From positions 88,908,001 through 88,972,000 of the forward strand of contig NC_042998.1 in NCBI RefSeq assembly GCF_006345805.1: a stretch of DNA of 64,000 bases. The letters are read 5' to 3'. A model generated the notes under the pieces. That model made no database searches and had not been told where the DNA came from. It worked only from the letters and a program-made list of their open reading frames with translations. Source of the stretch: Octopus sinensis. Taxonomy: Eukaryota. Of this stretch, positions 27,446 through 40,364 are shown in pieces. Positions within the stretch are counted from its first letter, which is position 1. Every line of letters begins with the position of its first letter. The translations under genes and the position numbers were made by a program.

Positions 27446-29607
27446 ATTATTATTATTATTTGGGGTTAATTTGGTTGACTAAACTTTTCAAGATGGTGCT
27501 TCAGCATAGTTTCAGTCCAGTGGCTGAAATTAATAAAAGAGCATACACTGTTTTCTTAACTGACACACCAAACAAGAGAATACACTACATCAAATACAAA
27601 TTATTGAATGATTTCTTACTACAAGCAAACACTATGAAGCACAAACTTTTCATCAAAACTCAGTCAACAGGTTTTTATGCATAAGCAAAAAAAAAAAAAA
27701 ATTTAAAAGGTGCACACTTATTAAATTCATTCTGATATCATTTCAAACTCATATTTTGAATAAAACCAAGAGGATTAAACTTACCTGTATATAAATATGG
27801 TTGGGTGGTTTAAGAAATTTACTTCATAACATTCCGGGCTTGATGCTATAGAACTCCATTAATACACACACTCTCTCTCTCTCTCACTTGGGTTGAGAGA
27901 AACTGTATACAAGTCTGTCAGATTGTATGTGTAATTCAGAAGTACAAACTTGCCACACACTGTCATGCTGTTTCTGCCTGAGGTCTATGTCAAGTGTACA
28001 TGTATCTGGAATGGTCAGTCACTAATTCTACAAACAGATAATTCAATTGATTGAACCGCCATTAAAATAGACACACATACTCAGGTATGTATGTATGTGT
28101 TTATACAAATGGAAAGGAAAAAGTGTTTTGTTTTTGAACATAGCTGTTCAAAATATAGAAATCGTTAAAAGGAATACTTGATAGAATTAAATACTGCAGT
28201 TGTTATGTTATCAACAGAGCCTAAAGACTAGAACCAGTAAATAACATGCATAGATGTTTACAAAAATGTACACACATTAATACAGTCACTCAATACACAA
28301 TCAGTCTATACCCAAACAAAATAGGACAAAGATAATGTTAGATGGACATTCATTTGATGTCAAACACTTTCTGGGCACATGGTAGTCATGTGTGTCACTC
28401 AAAAGATCAAATATTCTTTAAAATCATTGGCACTTCATAGACATCGCATATGTATAAATATCAACATTGTGACAATACTCATCTTCATTTGCATGCACAC
28501 ACACACATCTTTAATCAGAGCATCTCTGGATATTAACAAACAGGGCAGCTTCTGGGAATGGAATAAGTGTTTCAAGGGTGAAGTTGAAAGTTGATCGTTT
28601 GCACCAACCAATATTATAAAAGTGATTTAATTAATACTTTCAGTGCAATATACCTTTCTGTTGACATAAATCCCTGTGTGGGGGGTCTTTTTTTATGTAA
28701 TTTATTGAATCTTTGTCATTAAAAAAAATTTTTTTTTGTTGAACAAAAATTGTTCAATATTTTTGCCTGAAGCTTTGTCACTTATAAAAGCAGCAAGCTA
28801 TTGAGTGGTCTATCCACAAGGGGATGACCTTACAGGGCCATACTAGAGCAGGTTGCACACTGAAATAGTTAAACTGATGTCTTTATATCGCCTCATAATT
28901 ATTTCTAATTAGGTTTTTGATGCTCACAACATTAAATATGTTAGCATTAATCTACTTTTTTTTTCCATGCTGATGGCATCTCTGAGTAATTAATTATTCT
29001 TTGTGATTTATTTTATGGATTATTGAATAGTGATGATGACTATGGTGATTCGTTAGTTTGTGTCAATTTAAACATTGCCTCAATCTCCTTACATGCTGGA
29101 AACATTGCATAACCACCCTTCTCTTATATCATTGTTAATCAGCATTTTCACCAGTGAATTTGTTACCTATAGTTTCAGACCAATGATGGGACCTGTATGT
29201 GGTTGCTTGACATACTAGAAAGGGCAACCAAACTTCTTTTTACTCACTTACCATTGCCTTAAAAAAAAAGGCTACGCTGGATAATGTATTCCAAAATACT
29301 CAGTTTGAATACAAGACTGGATGATCATGGCTGGAATGTCTTTATCAAAAGTTTGCTTGATTGAGGCTAACTTGACTCACCACTACCACCCCACCACCTG
29401 TCAAATGATAACAGCCTATTGCTTCGATTTTGAAAAATCATAAATGTATTAAGAACTTATAAAGAATTTATTTACAATGAATTAATTCATAGGAGGAGGA
29501 GGAGTTGAGCTTTTTACCTTGAACCCCTAAGTAAAGGTTCAATCTTTGACATTCAACCATTGAAAATAATAGTTCAGAAAACTCAATGATGAATGGCAAC
29601 ATATCAT

Positions 29608-29641
<34 letters not shown>

Positions 29642-29970
29642 ATTTTAACTGTATATAGAGAGTTTTGATATACATACATAGATAGAGAGTGCTTAATATA
29701 GGATACATTTGGGTGATATCCATCCAATATTACATTTATGTATCCCTTTGTGCCCCTTCCACTTCATTCATCATGTAAATTTAGTACATCAAATTATCTG
29801 AAAACATTGCTTGTATAATTACAAGTAGATTGGCTTCATAATCTTTATCATTCTTATCAATACTTCCATCATCATCCTCATCATTACCATCACCAATACA
29901 CTTAATAAACTGTCTATATTGATATGCAAAAATTGTTAATAATATTGACATAAATCTATTGACAAGATAA

Positions 29971-30017
<47 letters not shown>

Positions 30018-30889
30018 GTGTTTTCACTTGGAGCTTCCCATTCTGAAACCTGAGAAGATTCCATTTTTTCTGTAAAATGGTGCAGGCGGTAGAGAACTTG
30101 TCTAGATATTTTGTGATAAAGAATTTTATGCTTTTTGATTTTTTTTTTGTTTGTTTGTTTGTGCTACCTGAGTTGATTAAAATTTTCCCTTCTCTAGGGC
30201 TAATAAAATAACTACCAGTAATATGCTGGAGGATGATTCAATCAGCTACAATACTTTTTTCACAGAAGTGTATGTCCTCTAAAAACAAATCTTCATAAAA
30301 AAAAAAATTATCATCATTATAATTAATACCTACCTATGTATATTTAATGTATATACACCAATGAAAGACCAGTAACTATGGTATTTATCCTGAAATGACA
30401 CATCTTAAACATTTGTACAGATTTAACAAATGATATAATTTCTGACTATCTGAAGTTATTACTGTAGTTTTAGTATTTGGAAAGGGACAGATTTCTCAGC
30501 TTCCTACTTCCCTTTCCCTAACAAGTAATTTGTTGCTTTTTAACCACAATGGAATGGACATTACATCTGCATTTCCATTGTTGGAATTACAATAGTAAGT
30601 GAACTAGGACAATGTAGGTTGAGAGGATTCTTTAGTATGTTCAGAAACATAAAATCTCCCTTAGTTCTTGCTGGTGCTACAATAAAATGCACCCAGCATT
30701 CTCCGTAGAAGTATGAGACATTTTGGCACAGCTATCTTGGCACTATTTATTTGGTACCACTGACTTGACATCAGACATTTAATGTTTATCTCATTTTAAT
30801 GTTTTTCTTGTTTTATCTCTCTCTCTCTTTCTCTCTGCTTATACAATGGATGGCTGAAAACAATAATTGTAATGATAACAATAATAATT

Positions 30890-31085
30890 ATAATCTTTCT
30901 ACTACAGGCACAAAACCTGAAATTTGGGGAACAGGGGATATTTGATTACTCAACTGGTACTTATTTTATCAACCCCAAAATGATGAAAGCAAAGTTGACC
31001 TCAGCAGAATTTGAACTTAAAATATGGGCAAAATACCACAAAGCATTTTACCCAGCATTCAAACAATTCTACCAGCTTGCTGCCT

Positions 31086-31131
<46 letters not shown>

Positions 31132-31310
31132 CAATGATGATGATTTCAAATTTTTGCTGCAAGGACAGCTTGGGGGAGGGGATTAAGTTGATTATATCAA
31201 CCCCAGTGCATAACTAGTACTTATTTAATTGACTCCGAAAGGATGAAAGGGAAAGTCAGCCTCAGCAGAATTTGAACTCAGAATATAAAGTTAGAATGCA
31301 AATGATTCTA
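30890..31310 (-). mobile_element. Two adjacent copies of a tRNA-derived SINE
   Basis: Both contain actggtacttattt(a/t)atc.accc..aaa.gatgaaag.caaagt..acctcagcagaatttgaact. Other copies lie at 33760-33985, 42755-42975 and 59235-59450 (-), and at 46150-46340, 49880-50080 and 50480-50670 (+). Confidence 0.75.
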
Positions 31311-31315
31311 CGAGG

Positions 31316-31667
31316 TTATTGCAAACTTCTGCCAAGGCAACACCAACGTCCTCTCAATAATTAGCCAGAGATGATATTTAAAATGAGAATATCTGAAATA
31401 AACTCAACTACTCTCACAAGCGAGAATACTAAAAATAAACCCGACCACTCTCAAAAGTAAAAAAAAAAAAAACAGAAAAAGTAATCCAGAATCCTTGTCT
31501 GGTACCGGATTTATCCCAAAATCTAATCAGTTCGTGCCAGTCACGAGACCAAACATCCCTGAAAGTTTCATCCATATCCATCCAGCAGTTCTTGAAATAC
31601 CTTGTCCACGGACAAACAAACAAATACCACTGAAAACAATACCTCTGCCTTACCGAAGGTGGAGGTA
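31316..31667 (+). mobile_element. Non-autonomous Helitron/Helentron-like element with terminal hairpin
   Basis: 3' hairpin t-acctctgcctt-accg-aaggtggaggt-a (31640-31667) after (caaa)n; a similar acttctgccaagg lies near the 5' end. Confidence 0.45.
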
Positions 31668-34600
31668 GTAGTAGTAATAATAATAATAATGATAATAATG
31701 AACTTAATGTATACAGTGCTTAGGTGCATTGCAACTTGTGTGTGCATCTAATTATGTTTGTTTGTATGTGTATTCTGCCTGTCTCTCTCTCTCCGTATAT
31801 TTTTATGTGCACATGCATGTGTGTGTGTATTTGCATGTGCATGCACCTCCAGTGCCAAAATGTGCTGTTACCACAGCAAGTTGAATGTCCAGTCAACTGT
31901 GCCAAATCATCATCTCTCAAACATCCACAGTCCAATCATCTCATTTCATTACTGTAAGTTAGTATTAAGGAAGGCCATCCAGCTGTAAAAATCATACCGG
32001 AATTGGAATATTTTAAATGAGTTCATTTTAACCTAACTAGGTGGACAGTGACTAACTCAGGTAAACACTGACTCATCCAGCCAAAGCTAGAAATGAAAGC
32101 AAACCTAAAGATGATGATGATGACCATGATGGTAACAGTAATGCTAGATGTAGGAAAAATGGTAGGGTGCCAGATGAAATGCCCCACAGTATTCTTTTAC
32201 ATCTATTAATGTTTTGAATTGAAATCCTGCTAGAGTCATTATTACCATTTCCTCATTTCAGGATCAAGTGATAAAGTACCAGTCATATACCAGGGCTGGT
32301 TCAATCTAAAATTTGTAACCTTTTGCTGATGTGATAAATTATCATTATTATTATTTTATCATCATTATCATCACTTTTGTTTTTTGTTTTTTTTGTTTTT
32401 GTTTTTTGGTAATTATTATTAGTAGAACATCTTAAAGTTAATGATAGTTGTCTATAATAAAAAAAAAAAGGAAAAAGACAATAAGTAGCAGAAAGCTAAA
32501 CTACAACCAACTGGTCCATTGCCATGAATCCATCTTCTATTTATTGTTGTGGTAGAAAAAGAAAGTAGTCGTATTGTGAATCATTTATAATGATATAAAT
32601 GAATAGTGGTTTATATGTAAAAACAAAACCTTTGCCAAAACAATTAGATTGTTTCAAAAAGAGTTTATAATTCCAAACTCAATTATCTTGTATGTGGTAG
32701 TAGTGGTAGATGTGGGAGTGGGGGCAATCATCTTGGAGCAGGCCTCCAGCAATGTGGAAGCAGGTTTCTAAACTTTTAACAGCAAGAGAAGATAAGCCAT
32801 TTTGTGCATTGCATCTAGTACTCTATCTTCTCTCCTACTCAGTAGAGATCCGACTCCTTCTAGATAAAAATGCAGATAAACCCACTGCCGGCCACAGGAA
32901 ATTAAAAACTTGCTTGTCTCATTATCTTTTTTTAGCTGTGTGTGTGTGTGCATATGTGTATGTGTGTGTGTGTTAGGCTAATTATAGTTATTATGCCAAT
33001 GAGAAAAAGCAGTGAAGGAATTAGACGCTGACTTAACCTAAGTTTGAAGAAAGTTACTTCTGGTCACCAAGCTGGTCTGTTGGCCGATGCACCATTTCTA
33101 GAATGCAATGCATTGAGTAAGTGATGGAAATATTTCACACTTTTCATAAAAATAGATAAATAAATAGAACTGCTAAATGTTTAATATACTCAAAGTGAAT
33201 GGCTCTGTCAGCTGTTTGTGATAAACATTCTGTTAGTGCAGTGCATAAAAATAACTATCCGTTATAAAATCTAATTTGCATTTAAAAATAATTTTATCTA
33301 GTTATTTAAGATACTGTATAAAAGGGAAAAATTTTACTGGATGTATTGGATAGTAATGGTTACATGAATCTAAATTAAGTAAATCTTTTTAATTTAATAT
33401 TATTTTGCTTTGTTTTGTCTTGTGTGTGTGTGTGTGTGTTCATAAATAGATAGACAGCATTACTGACAATGGAAACTAACAAGGGTGCTTCTACCTGCTT
33501 GTAATAACAACCAAATCTCTTAAATCAAAGTTTACTGTCTTAATAATAAAAATACAGCTTTGGTGATGTAGTTCAAAATAAATAAATATAAGATGGAATG
33601 GTCATTGAGGGAACACCTTTGATCATAGTTCTGCTTTATTAAATCTAATAATGGGTTAAACAACAACAGAGGAATTTAGCCTTTTATACATATTTATTTA
33701 TATTTTCTTTCTACACAAACATAGTTTTCATTCATAGAAATAAAATATTTATTTCTTTATTGCCCGCAGGGAGCTAAACATAGAGGGAACAAACAAGGAC
33801 AAACAAAGAGATTAAGTTGATTACATCGACCTCTGTGCATAACTGGTACTTATTTAATTGACCCAAAAAAGATGAAAGACAAAGTCGACCTCAGCAGAAT
33901 TTGAACTCAGAATCTAACGGCAGACTGAATACCGCTAAGCATTTCACCTGGCGTCCTAACGATTCTGCCAGCTCACCACCCCTATGGAAATAAAATATTG
34001 AGATACAAATATATGGTCATTCAAACTACTAGAAAGAGCAGTCCAGACTTCCTTATATCACACCCTGCCATCTTAATTATGGAAAAGGACACAAGATAAT
34101 AGTCATAGCTAGAACATTGTCTCCTTGATTCAGGATTACATTAAACTAAACAAAAACAACATATGTACAGTCAATTGATAAACATTTTCTTTTAAACATT
34201 ATATTTGAATTTTTCTCATCTTGCTAACATAGGCGAAACAGTTCTATAATTTGTTTTTATATGAATTAATTTTATATGAATTAATTATTGGAACAAGTGC
34301 CTTTTATTTCTGTCTTTTTTTTTCATAATGCTAAACACTCACCAATGATACAAGAAGAGCACTTAGCTCTCAGCAAAGCAAATACTGTTATATATTCAAC
34401 AAGTGCAGTACAATGATTGTAGTATATGATCATATTCAGTTGTCTTCTGAATGTAGAGCAACCTTTTTATCAGTCTCTGTATTAAAATCTTTGAAAAAAA
34501 ATGCATTAATTGAAATCATCAACTAGTTTAATTTTAGTTAGTGCATGTGCGGGTGAATGTGTGTGTGTGTGTGTGTAATTTGGATGTCTGTGAGGTACCT

Positions 34601-35379
34601 TTAAGATATTGCAAAGAAAGAAATTTGTAGGAATTGAAGATACAGTGTACATTTTTACATGTTAGACCACTGGAAATGTAAATTTTAATTAATTTCCATT
34701 TCCCTTTGATATGATTAAATATTGCTTAGTTAACCTCTGTAGCACATATCTATAGGTGCAGAGTAGATCAGAAATATTTAGCAAGAGCAATGGCAGCAAC
34801 ATGTATCTATAGAAAGCCTTTATTTGGCTGCTTGACCTGCTAGAAACAGAAGTCAAATCTTCCTCAAATTACCCACTACCATTTAAAGAAAAGAGAAGGC
34901 TACATTGAATAATGTCGTCTTAGATACCCATAAAAAGATGCAGTGGTCAAAGTTGGAATACCTTTGATCATAAAAGTACTCAACCAGAGTTAATGAAGGT
35001 GAAACAACAATATAATACTTGGCATTTTTCTATAGGACACCATAAATCACAACATGGTTAAACATCAACCATAGGATTATATAAGGAAATAGAGATCTTC
35101 CAATAAAACACACAAAAAAATTCGAATATCTCTCAAGTGTGTCTATGGTTTGGATGCACATGCATAATGCATGCAAGATACAGAGGGAGCTGCTTAGGTT
35201 TTGTGTAGATGCATACCTGTCCTACTCAAGAAGAGTGCATTTTTTTTTTTGCTGCATCACAATTCATCAGCTAACTCTGATCATTGAAGATGGATGAGTA
35301 CAATCCTGGATACAATCAGCATGTGTCTGCTTGAAACTTGCAAAACTGTGTCTGCATCCAAAGTACTGTATAAAGACTA

Positions 35380-35759
35380 CACTACCGTCAGAAATTAATT
35401 AGCACCCTTGATTTGCTCTTCACTCAAGGTATGTGCTGTCACCTAGTGGCCATATCTCGAACTATTGCTTTGTTGCGAGTTCACTGTTGCGCAGAACGAT
35501 GACGTAACTTTGTTTGCAGAGCAGTTTGAGAGTCTACAGCCTTATGATGTTGACATAGCAGTGCAACAACAACTTGGTGTGCGGATGCAGACAAATCTTC
35601 CTTTGTTTAATAGATATAGGTAGCGCCTCGCAAGGACCGAAATCACACCATACTAAGTTTTCTCATCGCGTAAGACGTTTTGAACAGCTCATAGGTTAAT
35701 TGATTTAACCTATTTAATGTAGAAATTTGAGAAGTGCTAATTAATTTCTGACGCAAGTG
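35380..35759. mobile_element. Tc1/mariner MITE, 380 bp, 26 bp TIRs, TA TSD
   Basis: TA-cactaccgtcagaaattaattagcac ... gtgctaattaatttctgacgcaagtg-TA; the TIRs match at 24/26. Confidence 0.9.
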
Positions 35760-36999
35760 TACTTCTAAATCTTCTGTTCTGTTTACTTGTTGAAATCTAT
35801 CCATATAATAATACGTACATAAACACACACACAAACATAACTTCTAACATTCCAGATGTGCATGTGCACACACACATACACTCATGCATACCACACACAT
35901 ACAGAGCAGGATTCTTCTCAGTTTCTAGCTATCAATCCCGGTCACAAGGCATTAACCAGACCAAGGTTATAGCAGAATAAATAAACAAGATAAGTTTTAT
36001 TACATTCCTCTTTTTTTTCTTCACTTCTTTCCAACACATATATTCTGTGTATACAGGTCAATGACCTAAATGAAACTGCAACCAAATCTTGTGATTATAC
36101 CATATGATTTTTAAAAAATAGGAAAACATATTGGATAACATCGGTCAAGATACTCAGTTTGAAAAATAAAATACTTTTAATCACAGGTACTGTGGATCAG
36201 ACATGGGACTAACCAATAACAATTATGTTTGTTTTAAATATCAACTATTAGGCTATAACAGTATTGTGGCAAACCTTTTTAGCCTGGAATGTGGAAATTT
36301 TAACTTCTTTAATTAACCTGTTATTGGCATGTCACTTATAAGCTTACAAACATTGTAATTTTTAGTAAATGCTAATAGATAAGCGTTTCGTAACATGATA
36401 TTGCAACAATATTTTTTTTCTTTTGCCTTTTCAATGTTTTGCATGTCACCTAATAACCCATAGCATTTCACTGTTAATATGCATTTCATAGAATTGCTAT
36501 AACTAACCTACAGGATGATGTGAATATCTACTTTTTTTAATTTCCTTAATCCATTATTAAGATGTGACACTGCTGCAACTAAGTTTTAAATTGCCAAAAG
36601 TTATCTAATTGACTATTAAAAAGCAAAATGATGAAAAACATGCTGAATGTCTTCCCTAAATCCTTATTTAGACATTTGGATGTCTGCTTTTCGTTGTCTC
36701 TAAGCAACCTTTGGCTGTAGTTAAAGCAAATAAGATTCAGAATCCAAGGAAACTGGTATTGACTGCATTGGCTAGAATTCTCAATATTTTTTTCCTATGT
36801 ATTGTCAAAAAAATAACTGTTTATCGTATTTGCATAAATTGGAATAGTAAAAAAGTGAAAATGCCCTTATGGCTGGACAAATTTTCATGAGATGGTGATG
36901 ATTGTTTTGATTTTTAAATTATAGCTAGCCCATGACAAGGGGACACATACAGACACACACACACACATTCTCTCTCTCTATTTTATAACTTCCCACATA

Positions 37000-37685
37000 T
37001 CTGCCACTTACCATCTCTAACTGTGGAGGGAACCTGTGGTAGAGGTAGACCTAGGAAGATATGGGAGAAAGTGGTGAAGCATGATCTTTGAACTTTGAGC
37101 CTCACAGAGGCAATGACTAGTGACCAAGACCTTTGGTGATATGCCATGCTTGAGAAGACCTGTCAAGCCAAGTAAAATCATAGTCATGGCTGATGCTGGT
37201 GTTACATAACTGGCACATAAAGAGCACCTTTCGAGCATTGGGTCTCACAAAGGCAAAGTGGTTGAGTTCCTTTTGAGTGTTGGGCCTCACAGACGCAGAG
37301 TAGTTGAATTCCTTTCAAGCATTGGGCCTCATGGAAGCAAAGTGGCTGAGTTCCTTTCGAGTGTTGGGCCTCACTGAGGCAATGACTGAGACCTTTGGCA
37401 TTATGTCATGCTTGAGAAGAAGACCCATCAAGCTGAGCAAAATCACAGTCATGGCAGATATTGGTGTCACACAAACGTTACTCATGTCAGTGGCATGTGA
37501 AAGCACTCATTACACTTTCAGAGTGGTTGGCGTTAGGAAGGGCATCTAGCCTTAGAAAACCATGCCAAATCAGACTACAGTCTGGTGCAGCCTTCCAGCT
37601 TACTAGCCCTGATCAAACCGTCCAACCCATGCCAGCATGGACAACGGATGTTAAATGATGATGATAATGATGATGATGATGATGA
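37000..37685 (+). mobile_element. 5'-truncated RTE: ORF2 end plus full 3' UTR
   Basis: ctaactgtggagggaacctgtggtagaggtagacctaggaaga (TVEGTCGRGRPRK), followed by the same duplicated UTR blocks and tail as 58150-58725. Confidence 0.8.
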
Positions 37686-38652
37686 CAGTAACAAAGTAGT
37701 AAATAGCGCTGTCCATACATAGAAGCAGACTCCTGACCATGCTACAATATCTCATTTGTTTTCACCTCTACTTAACAACTACTTGGTTTATAGCTTCATA
37801 TGTAGAATAGAAGCCTATAAACATTCTTCCCCTATCACTCAAGCACAGTTCAGTGCCAGATAGAACGATGCAAGCTCAGAACTCTTCATTTCAGTTGACC
37901 AAACTATACCATTGCTGCTAAGTAGAAATATTTACATCGTATAAGCAAACTTGTTCAAAATTACTAAAATACAGAATGCTGAATTGCTATAATAGTGCTT
38001 GTTTCAAAATGTACAATTAATCACATTGGCAACTAGGAGCTAATCACATTGGCAACTAGGAGATTAGGCAAAGCAAATCTATTAAATAGCAATTCATACT
38101 TAAAGAATGTGTAAGATAATTCAGGTTCTACTCTCTTTATCCATTTTTCTGGAGCAGTTGCTGTAAACTTGTATTTTCTGTAATTGAAATATGTTGAATG
38201 GTTTGTCTGTTAGATAGCTTTAGGAGGATTATCCTATTTAATCTAAATCTGAAGTATAAATGATTTAAGAAATAAGATAAATAAAAGGTATCTATTTCAG
38301 AAAATGGGCAAAGTTGCAGAAACAACAACAACAACAGTAATAACATAAATAATAACTTTAATCATTTCTTATTTAGGCTTAAGGTCAATAGTTCAGGAAT
38401 GCAATTAATTAATATTATAGATTCCAATATAATATTGGGATATTATTTTATGAACTTCAAAGAAATGAAGGGCAAAATTCACCTTTGGTATGGTTTGAAC
38501 TAAGAACCAAGTGGGCAAAGCTGAAGTAATCAATTTAGAAAAGGTACTCAGTTGTCTCTCTCCTAAGTCTAATTTAATTAGTGAAATGCTGAACATTATA
38601 ACTAAGAAAATACATTTAGTAAGGAAGAATTGTATCATACCTGTCAGTATAT

Positions 38653-38837
38653 CCAGTCCTATATTTAAGAGATGAGGAATAATGTACATTATTTACATTT
38701 GACGGATATTTGCCCACATCTTGTTTGTTGTTAACACAACGTTTCAGCTGATATACCCTCCAGCTTTCAGCAGGTGTCTTGGGGAAATTTCAAACCTGGG
38801 ATCTCATTCCTAAGGTATCTTCAATCCTCCTCCTCAC

Positions 38838-38878
<41 letters not shown>

Positions 38879-39253
38879 CCACCACCAACATCACCACCAC
38901 CACCACCTTCTTCTTCTTCTTCTTTTTCAGGTCACTGCTGGGAATTGAACACGGAATCTTGGGGTTAGTAGCCTATGCTCTTAACCACTACGCTATATGC
39001 CCGTGAGTAAATAGTGTAGTGGCTAACAGTGCAGGCTACTAACCCCAAAATTCCAAGTTTGATTCCAAGCAGTGACCTGAATAATAATAATAATAATAAG
39101 GAGAAGAAGAAGAACATCGAAAAATACCTTAGGAGTGAGAATCCAGGTTCAAAATTTCCCTAAGACACCTGATGAAGGCTGGAGGGTATATCAGCTGAAA
39201 CATTGTATTAACAACAAACAAGATGAGGACAAATATCTGTCAGATGTAAATAA
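38653..39253. mobile_element. Fold-back tRNA-head/hammerhead element, copy A (both heads present)
   Basis: Inverted arms around a centre at ~39002; 12 bp TSD ctgtcagtatat at 38641-38652 and 39254-39265; tRNA-like heads with A/B boxes at 38927-39002 (-) and 39005-39080 (+). Confidence 0.85.
39164..39209 (+). ncRNA. Minimal type I hammerhead ribozyme motif (partly decayed)
   Basis: gacac CTGATGA a ggctg gagggtatat cagct GAAA C ATT gtatt. The consensus over six arms is gacac CTGATGA a ggctg-gagggtatat-cagcc GAAA CG TT gtgtt. Confidence 0.7.
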
Positions 39254-39892
39254 CTGTCAGTATATGATGAACCCCAACCATTTTCCTCAAGATACCCACC
39301 ACCTCCTGCAGCTGACTTCCGTTGACATCCATTGTACACTCTCTTTCCATGTCATCTTGACTATCTATCACTTGTGTGTCCCCTACTAGTTGACATCAAC
39401 TCCCCTTCACCTATTACTAGCTACCACTGCTCCTCTCCCTATTTGTTCCTTACTGACATCCATTGCGCTCCTTCATCCATAATCATTCTTACAGTAACCT
39501 ACCACTTATTCTCACCTTTACCTAAAAACAGGTAGCAGCCATTTCCCTATGCCACTATGATCTATATGCCTTTTTGTACACTCCCATTACCACTCATTAC
39601 TGCTCTAGCATTCCTCACTCTCTTCCTCTCACATTTCCCCTCTCTTTTGCCAATGCTCTTCTCTTCCCCTCACCCTAGTACATCCCCTGCAGTCACCCTC
39701 TCTTCTAATCAGTAATGGTTATGCTCCTCTGAATAAATGAAGACAGCATAGAATAGTGTGAATCCTGGGCATGACAACCGGACAAGCACAGCTGTCATGA
39801 TAAAATGCACCTAGTGTCTTTTGTGAAGTGATAGAGACTTCAAAGGTTCAAAAGGATCCTTTGTTTTGTCTTGGCAAAAGTATGACATTCTT

Positions 39893-40364
39893 CCAGTTCT
39901 ATATTTAAGAGATGAGGAATTATGTACATTATTTACATTTGACAGATATTTGTCCTCATCTTTGTTAACACGTTTCAGCTGATATACCCTCCAGTCTTCA
40001 TCAGGTGTCTTGGGGAAATTTCAAACCTGGGTTCTCATTCCTAAGATATTTTTCGATGTTGTTGTTGTTGTTGTTATTATTATTATTATTATTATTTTTT
40101 TAATTTTTATTATTATTAAGTGGTTAAGAGCACGGGCTACTAACCCCAAGATTCCAAGTTCAGCTCCAGGCAGTGACCTAAATAATAATAATAATGATAA
40201 TAATAATAATAATAATAGTAGCAGCATCAAAAAATACCTTAGGAATGAGAACCCAGATTCAAAATTTTCCCAAGGCACTTCATGAAGGCTGGAGGGTATA
40301 TCAGCTGAAACGTTGTGTTAACAGCAAACAACATGTGGACAAATATCCATCAAATGTAAATAGT
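39893..40364. mobile_element. Fold-back tRNA-head/hammerhead element, copy B (one head deleted)
   Basis: 13 bp TSD gtatgacattctt at 39880-39892 and 40365-40377; hammerhead motifs at 39967-40009 (-) and 40274-40319 (+). Confidence 0.85.

Noticed and set aside
38927-39080. Two tRNA-like sequences as real tRNA genes
   Set aside because: Broken anticodon and acceptor stems, embedded in a repeated element with TSDs; treated as SINE-type heads.
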